A DNA stretch of 63,968 nt, counting the filler, from Aduncisulcus paluster (lineage: Eukaryota), in the NCBI GenBank assembly GCA_024181965.1. It is 10 parts of 10 records of this genome, joined end to end, with 100 filler letters (N's around TTAATTAATTAA, not from the genome) between each part and the next. Parts side by side here need not be neighbours in the genome. Positions count along the whole stretch, not along the records: positions 48,294 to 59,255 come from BQXS01009726.1; positions 59,356 to 62,823 come from BQXS01009734.1; positions 62,924 to 63,968 come from BQXS01009802.1; 7 more parts are not named here. The stretch is one strand, 5' to 3'. This document shows positions 56,732 through 63,968 of this stretch, one piece after another. The translations under genes and the position numbers were made by a program. Under the pieces are notes generated by a model. The model saw only the letters and a list, made by a program, of their open reading frames with translations. It did no database searches and had not been told where the DNA came from. Numbering within the stretch: position 1 is the stretch's first letter; each line of letters begins with the position of its first letter.

Positions 56732-57370
56732 ATATCAAATGGGATTCCATGAGAGTCTCATTTGAGAGACACGAATATGAACATTAAAATCATTCAGCAA
56801 ATAAAGACTATTATTAGATATACAATCTACACTTTGAAAACATTTCGATGTGAAATCGACAAAGATTAAACACCATCTTGCAAGTGAAAGAAGTTGATGT
56901 GACACCCTTCAAGGTAACAGAAGATGATGCGAGAGAAGTGGATTGAGCTCCTCCACCAAATGTTAATGTGGAAGATGAAGAAGATCCTCTTGGAGGCATC
57001 ATTGAAGGGCTGAGGAATGAGCAGTGGATGATAATGGGAAATTATGTGCGGAGATTCTGGAAATTCATTGAACCCTTGAGCTTTCTGAGCAGGGATTACC
57101 AATACAGTTAAAAATGGTCAACCTAGAAGGAAACTGGAGAAGTGAGGAGAGAACATACATGGGAAGCGTGTTCATGATCCCTGTTCACCGAATTTGGCAA
57201 CTCTAATGAATCATTTTATCGCGAAAGAATTGTCGAGAATAAACTTACTCAACGTTATTGAGCAATCTCTATTTTAAAGAAGACCATTATTCATTATTCA
57301 TTTTTGATTGTATGATCTCCCTCTCTCTCTCTCTCTCCGCTCTAACAAGATTATCCCATTAGTTTAAACT

Positions 57371-57940
57371 TTAAACAATTTGACAATGTTTTCCTTCTTT
57401 TGATTGCCTTCTTCCTCTTTTCTGTTTGACCTCCTCTTTCATTTCTTCTTCAATATCTTCCATTCCTATCCTCCATGCTTCTTGATCGTATTCTTCAAAC
57501 GAACAACATAATGATCCCTGTTCAAACATCACTTCAACACCTCCACCTGTGTGTTCAATCAGATCATACACAGATTGTCTCAAGGATCTCTCATCATCAA
57601 GTGGCATCTTAACAAGCATGTGTTGGGGAGGAGAAGTGTATTGGATGAGAGAAGAGTGTGTGCGGATATCTTGGGAACTCGATCCATCACGTTTAAGAAC
57701 ATGTTGGATTTGCATTTCTTTTCCACTGATAATGTCATGATAGCAAGAGATTTTGTCTTTGCGATGTGGAATAGTTTTATGCAGATTCATAACAGAACAC
57801 ACATGGGAAGCGTATGAATATCCATCTTTCTCAGGACACAAAGATGTCTCAATGGAAGGAATAAATGAAACCATTGGAACAGAATGGAAAAGAGTTGAAG
57901 AGAGATATGAAGAAGATACGAAGGAGGAAATGTTGTATCC
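57371..57940 (-). pseudogene. C-terminal fragment of the multicopy family
   Basis: NISSFVS...HSVPMVSFIPSIE...LRQSVYDLIEHTGGGVE aligns with the end of 9343-12222; in-frame stop upstream. Confidence 0.75.
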
Positions 57941-57960
57941 CAGCTATGAATTCAGAAAAG

Positions 57961-59255
57961 TTAACAAAATCCATATTTCATCTTTAAGTTCTCAAGTAAC
58001 TCACTTGTAGCACTTCCATTAACGTCAGAAATGCTATGGTCATGCATTGCAGCTGATTCACTACTAATGTCAGGCAACTCAGGCAGATCCAATTCTTCAA
58101 GAGCGGCCTTATATAGGGATTCATCTGCCTTGGACAGATCAACAGCTGGTGATTCACGCAGTTCCAGCATTCTCAAAAGTTCTTCATCATTCATGGCATC
58201 CAGAGGCTTTGAAGGAATTCCAATAGATTCCACAGTTGGCATCATGAATCCATTTGACACCGAATGGAACATTTCATCTGAGACCACAGACTCAGACCTA
58301 TCGCCGAGAAGAGGAGAAGCACTGAAGGAACGAGCACGCAAACCCATACCATACGAAGATCTTCCATGACCGACACTGGGAGATGGAGATAACATATGGC
58401 TTGAACTCCCCGCATGGATATGCATGGCTTCTCGGACTCTCGCATGTTTGGATGTGGCAGTTCCATCGTATTGCATGGGGTATGAAGGGTACATTCGACT
58501 TAGTTGAGCCTGGTAAAAGTCAGTAGAAGACATGGGACGAAGGAGAGAAGCGGGAGCTTCGTGTTGATGCATCATTGGAACATGAGGTTTTCCTTTTTCT
58601 TCCTCATGAGGTTGTTTTCCAACAAGAAGAGTTTCTTCTTGAGAGGGAGGAAATCCTTCGACACGATTCTTTTTGGCTTCTTCAAACATTTCCAGTAGTC
58701 GTTGTTGCATTTCTTTCCTATTCTTCTTCTTTTGAGCCTCATCTTCCTTTTCTTTCGTTACTCTTTCGGCTTCTTTGCGTTCACGAATAGATTTGGCCAA
58801 ATATTGCATGTCACCGCTTTCTTTGTAAGCTTCTTCGCCTAATAATTTCGAATAGAGCATCATGTCTTGCCTTGACACAAACACTCCTTCTTTTTCTTCC
58901 TCTTCTCTCCTCTTCTCTTCTAATTTTCGTATCCTTTCTTTCTGTTTTTCTTCTTCCTCTTTCGCTTTTAATGCGGCTTCAATCTCTTTCTCTCGCAACA
59001 GTCTGTCCATCTCTTTCCTCTTCTTCTCTTCTTCATCTTCAGGGGGGAGAGTAGGTTCTATAATTAGAACTTGAGAAGGAGAGAGAGATACATGTTGTAA
59101 TTGACGCATCTTTGCTTCCTCTTCGATATCTTGCGCCACTGTGTGACCATCTCTTCTCTCTCCTTCAATTTCATATCGTCTCATTTCCTCTTTCTTCTGT
59201 TGCTCTTCCCATTTCAACTTTCTTTCAGCCAATATCCTTCTTTCACACTCTAATT
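57961..59255 (-). CDS. Coiled-coil hypothetical protein, 5'-partial
   Basis: 423-aa E/K/R-rich ORF reaching near the contig edge. Confidence 0.75.
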
Positions 59256-59355
59256 NNNNNNNNNNNNNNNNNNNNNNNNNNNNNNNNNNNNNNNNNNNNT
59301 TAATTAATTAANNNNNNNNNNNNNNNNNNNNNNNNNNNNNNNNNNNNNNNNNNNN

Positions 59356-59725
59356 TGAGTTGATTAATAAAATGGTCATCGGACAGCGTTTCCTCCACTT
59401 TGAGCATTGGAATGTATATCTTCTCAAATAACCAACTGATATCCTTTTTTGCTTTCATGGATATGGGACCAAGATAAAAACATCGACTGAGTGTCATTGA
59501 GATGCATTCTAATAAAAGAGTGAATTCTGTTCTATTGGCAATGATATCGCTTGGAGTTCGAATCATCTCAAAGTGAGCCTGGATACGGTCAATGTTATCG
59601 ACAAACAAAAGATCTGTATAACACGACCAATGAGAATCGAAATCGTACTCTTCGATGGTCGTTTTTAACGTTTCAAGCTCAGCGATGGAGAAAGGGTTTC
59701 TGGATTGGCTGTGTTCCTCCAGCAT
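59356..59725 (-). CDS. N-terminus of another multicopy-family member, 3'-partial
   Basis: NPFSIAELETL and IIANRTEFTLLLECIS match NPFSVSELKSL and IISNRELFSLCFECLS of 9343-12222. Confidence 0.7.
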
Positions 59726-59996
59726 GGCGGATGAATATTAAAAAGATAAAAAATCTGATGATGTGATATAACGAATTGATTAGATGTGGCGGTATGGTGA
59801 AATAAAAAAAAGAGATTGAAGGGGCAAAAGCCTTTTCAAAGATAGAACCGCAATCATACATTTAATACAAGAATAAATGGTTAATATGAAAACTAAATGA
59901 AGTGGCTAATATATAAATATTCCTTTTAGCAAAACTAATAATATGGTAGCTTTCCCAGAACCAAAACTAGGAATTTAGTTTGAAAGGGATGAAACA

Positions 59997-60048
59997 GAAA
60001 TAACGGTAACGGCACGTACATCGAAATAACGGTAACGGCACGTACATC
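59997..60048. repeat. 26-bp perfect tandem duplication
   Basis: GAAATAACGGTAACGGCACGTACATC x2. Confidence 0.9.
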
Positions 60049-60251
60049 TAGCGATCATCGCAAATGATTTGCAGTAAAACTTGCAAAATTACCGAATGGA
60101 ACTTTTTATAGATTTGTATTGTATATACAAAGAAAAAATTTACAATTTCATACAAATTTAACCGGCTTTGCAAAAATTTTCCTTTCGCTTTCCCGAGTCA
60201 TTTTTTCTAAAACCAGCAATATAGTAATGGATCTTTAAAGGCTATTATTGT

Positions 60252-62823
60252 TTACTCTTGATCACTCTTTCTCTTTTTCTCAAGCTCTTTAAGCAGTTTT
60301 GAGGCTCCAACCTTTGATAATATTGCCGACAAGGGATTGGCCAGTTCCATCTGTTCGATTTCTCTAAATTCCTTACTTAATACTCCCTTCCCAACCCTTG
60401 GAACGATCCTCCTCTTCTTCCCTTTCTGGTATTTTTCCCATTCTTGCTCTTCAACTTTTGCCATCCTAAGGAGATACGATTTCACTGATACTCCACACTC
60501 TTCAATTCCAATGCTAAACCCAACATCTTTCTCAACTTTGAGCTCTTTTTTGAGCCACAGGGGTAATTTTTGAATGAGTCCTGGTTCACACCAACGTCTG
60601 TCAGCAAGTACCATGATTCCATAATCAGTTTTCCCTCGAATCACCCGACCTAGACACTGGGCAGCATGTTTACAAGCGTCATATCGGATATAATCGCTTG
60701 GATTCACTTGTTTTTGCTGTCTCAAGTACTCAAGTTGGATATGTTGGATCGGAGAGTGGACATTCAAATATGGCNNNNNNNNNNNNNNNNNNNNGATACG
60801 ATTTCACTGATACTCCACACTCTTCAATTCCAATGCTAAACCCAACATCTTTCTCAACTTTGAGCTCTTTTTTGAGCCACAGGGGTAATTTTTGAATGAG
60901 TCCTGGTTCACACCAACGTCTGTCAGCAAGTACCATGATTCCATAATCAGTTTTCCCTCGAATCACCCGACCTAGACACTGGGCAGCATGTTTACAAGCG
61001 TCATATCGGATATAATCGCTTGGATTCACTTGTTTTTGCTGTCTCAAGTACTCAAGTTGGATATGTTGGATCGGAGAGTGGACATTCAAATATGGCACTC
61101 CGACAACAACTACTGCTCTCCCATATTGTCCTCCGAAATCTACTCCCTCGGCAGCTCCACTCCTGGTGACTCCGAACAACATAGCACCTCGGCCACTGTC
61201 CACACTGCTTCTATAATTAGTAATAGCATGACTGCTCTCGATTGGATCGGGGGATTGAATAAATAGGAGTTTGCGTTGGGACAGTTTGTGAAGTAGAGAT
61301 GCACCTTCAAGCGACAACAATAACTCTTCGAGGTATGTGTATGAAGGTGCGAACACAAGGATTCCATCAGGAACCATCTCCGCCAGCCGAATCAACAACA
61401 TGCCATAGTTCTTGACGACGGCTTGCTCTTCTCTAACGTCATATCTGGTTGTGAGTGGCAACTGATCATCTCCTTTCCCAACAATCAACGGAGACAGAAT
61501 GCTTCGATGAAAAGTGTACGGAATGGACACCTGAGCACTGATTGATTGTGCATCAAGCCCAAGGATTGAAGAGAGAGTTGGAAATGGTGACAATGTACCA
61601 GATGTGAGCAAAACACTATCAAAATACTCAACGACTTCCGATAAAACCGTGGATGGATCACAACATAATAAAGCAAACACAGGAGCTCGTCGAACCCTTC
61701 CATCGGCATAATACGAATGGTATTGCTTTCGCTGGAGACCAGAGCTCTGTCTCTTCTCTTTAGCTTCATCTTCACGATATGTACAGCACCACATACCCCT
61801 AACTTGCTCCCGAACACTAGACACAGCTCTCCCACTCACTCCAAGAAGTGTCAGAAACCTGCACATGGATATCAAGGCGTTATAGTTTGAATAATCATCA
61901 ACAACGGCTTCCATAAACACCTCTCGAAGCCTTTCAGTGTAAAATTGAAGGGAATCTGCATCGACACTATAATCATCTTTTTGGAGCTCACTGACAATAA
62001 TCTGAGGCTTTTCAAATGCTGGTTCAACAACCTTCCCGATTTTCTGTTTAAAATATGATATGCATCTCCGAATAGCAAGCAAGAAATGCTTTGTATTATT
62101 GATTTGTGCAGCCGGGGTTGATTTATCCACAACTCCAATGCTAAAAGGGCTTGGTGAAGGAGTGGAAGAGAGGGAGAGGACAGAACGCTGCCATTCAGAT
62201 ATCGTTGACTGTTCAGGAATCTCACCAACCTTGGGGATCCTGCCGACCCTCTGTTCGCTAACATTCAGGATGGAGAGATCACATCGACCTTGACCAAACA
62301 CGGCTTTCCTCGTTTTGCTCACAGCTTTCGCATAAGCCATGATTTTTTTATCATCCAGTCGTTTTGAAAGCTCATCCAAACAGACCTGGGATGCGGATAG
62401 AATGCGTCTATTTATATGTTGGCTGAGAATCTCTTTGCAAACACCTTCGATATTGTGTGCTTCATCGAAAATAACCATGCTATTTTTAGGAATCAGTTCG
62501 ATATCCTCTGTCAGTGTCGGATCAAGGAGATATAAATAGGAACAGACGACAATATCAGCCTCATAAAATGAATGCCTCGCCGTGTGATAAGGGCATATTC
62601 CGACAGATCCACATGCTGTTCGCAGAGCTGAAAGATTATAGGTGTGGATTGGATACGCAAAGCCATCATCCTGTCCAATCTTTGATTTCATGGTATCATC
62701 ATGAATGGAAGAACCTGTTGGTATCGACCTTCTCTTCCCCATGGATATATCAGAAGATAGAGATTTAGAGGATTGATACGCACCGCCACTGCTTTTCTCT
62801 TTCTTCACACTGACTTCTTCATC
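60252..62823 (-). CDS. ERCC2: TFIIH helicase XPD/Rad3, 5'-partial
   Basis: CPYH, DEAHNI, LTSGTLSP, VPDG, EGVDF, AAQCLGRVIRGKTDYGIMVLADRR; duplicated segment at gap 60775-60794. Confidence 0.93.
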
Positions 62824-62923
62824 NNNNNNNNNNNNNNNNNNNNNNNNNNNNNNNNNNNNNNNNNNNNTTAATTAATTAANNNNNNNNNNNNNNNNNNNNN
62901 NNNNNNNNNNNNNNNNNNNNNNN

Positions 62924-63089
62924 TACCTGGATATAGAGCCATCCCCCTTGGATTATCATCTGTGTAACCTTCTTTGAATACCAAATCACCGTCTGCGTTA
63001 AGCTCTTGATATGCGCTTACGTCGCTATAAGCTTTCCCACTGATAAAAATGCCTGTTTCAACGTTATACGTAAATAGCTTGGTCTTCAT
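62924..63089 (-). CDS. Hypothetical protein N-terminus, 3'-partial, operon-like coupling to upstream ORF
   Basis: TAA-TC-ATG junction with GGGGG just upstream. Confidence 0.5.
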
Positions 63090-63091
63090 GA

Positions 63092-63968
63092 TTAATCCCC
63101 CGCCTTAAATCTTACATCGTCCAGATAGAAAGTAGATGGCGATCCTTCAAATCTCATCGACCATTCCCCACTTGTAGTTACAACGACATACGCATTACTG
63201 CCTATACTTGAATCGTCACATGCGACTGAAAACTTTCTAGTAGCTGCAGGTGCTTCTTCAGTTTCTAAGAACACTTGATGACTAGCTAATGACCCTTTAA
63301 GGAAAGCGCCTACGCCCTCAACATAACCATTTGATACACGAATTTTGCAACTGCTATTAGTCGAACCATTCAATAATGTGGGCTCAAATTCTTCAACACT
63401 CTTCAGATTAGCTAACTCCGCTTTGGCATATATCAGTTCCTCAACAGTTTTTCCCAAAGCACTTGCCAATTCTTCTACCGTCTCTGGGAGTGAGTCCTTA
63501 TAAGACATTGTTGCTGAGAAAACTCCGCAGTTTGTGGATTCTGCGACAGTCTCATAAACTACAAAATAGTCTGCATCTGTATCATAGGATTCAGCGTTTG
63601 AATACGCAATTTGAGTGCCATATGCGTATTGATTCTCAACAATGGTCCAAGAATCATCTAATCGTTCCTCACCATTCTTGAATTTTATGATACTTATTAT
63701 TCGCTTCACTGCCTTACTTAATGGACAATCATTTATTGTAGGGTGACCTACTACATTGATATTCGGTGTGCCAGATTCAGAAAATCCACACGAAGCTTTT
63801 TCTTTCACAACACCTGTCAAAGCAGTCACATGAGTCACACCAGCACCTAACTGCAATGATGGTAATTGCTTCGTATAGTTGTCTGGATTTGCGAGATCAT
63901 ACCACATTTCATAGCATTTTGTAATCTCCCCATACGCTTTTTCCTTGGGGCACACTATAGTATCAGTA
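63092..63968 (-). CDS. Hypothetical beta-rich protein, 5'-partial, probably bacterial
   Basis: 287-aa ORF ending FYLDDVRF; next ATG 2 bp after its stop. Confidence 0.6.
   Translation of the reverse strand, partial: TDTIVCPKEKAYGEITKCYEMWYDLANPDNYTKQLPSLQLGAGVTHVTALTGVVKEKASCGFSESGTPNINVVGHPTINDCPLSKAVKRIISIIKFKNGEERLDDSWTIVENQYAYGTQIAYSNAESYDTDADYFVVYETVAESTNCGVFSATMSYKDSLPETVEELASALGKTVEELIYAKAELANLKSVEEFEPTLLNGSTNSSCKIRVSNGYVEGVGAFLKGSLASHQVFLETEEAPAATRKFSVACDDSSIGSNAYVVVTTSGEWSMRFEGSPSTFYLDDVRFKAGD

Overview
AT-rich, intron-poor microbial eukaryote DNA. Gene style suggests a metamonad/fornicate protist such as Aduncisulcus, which is inference only. The window is 10 contigs joined by artificial 100-bp N-TTAATTAATTAA-N linkers, plus six 20-N scaffold gaps whose flanks are duplicated, so adjacency across linkers means nothing. 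Host genes: HEAT/importin-beta-like protein, orphan 7-TM protein, PARP-domain protein, secreted LRR protein, C9orf72-like DENN protein, XPD helicase, members of a multicopy family, and kinase, CDC20 and sphingolipid-synthase fragments. The 27-48 kb region is a transposon nest. It holds a complete Ty3/gypsy chromovirus (30712-35993) with identical 87-bp LTRs, a 5-bp TSD, an AT palindrome in place of a tRNA primer-binding site, and an antisense tRNA-like element in its 3' UTR. Two more gypsy elements lie nearby, one with the same palindrome-then-ATG layout. There are also several hAT transposase copies (one with a tandemly reiterated core) and an 11-bp-phased repeat array. The last contig looks bacterial.
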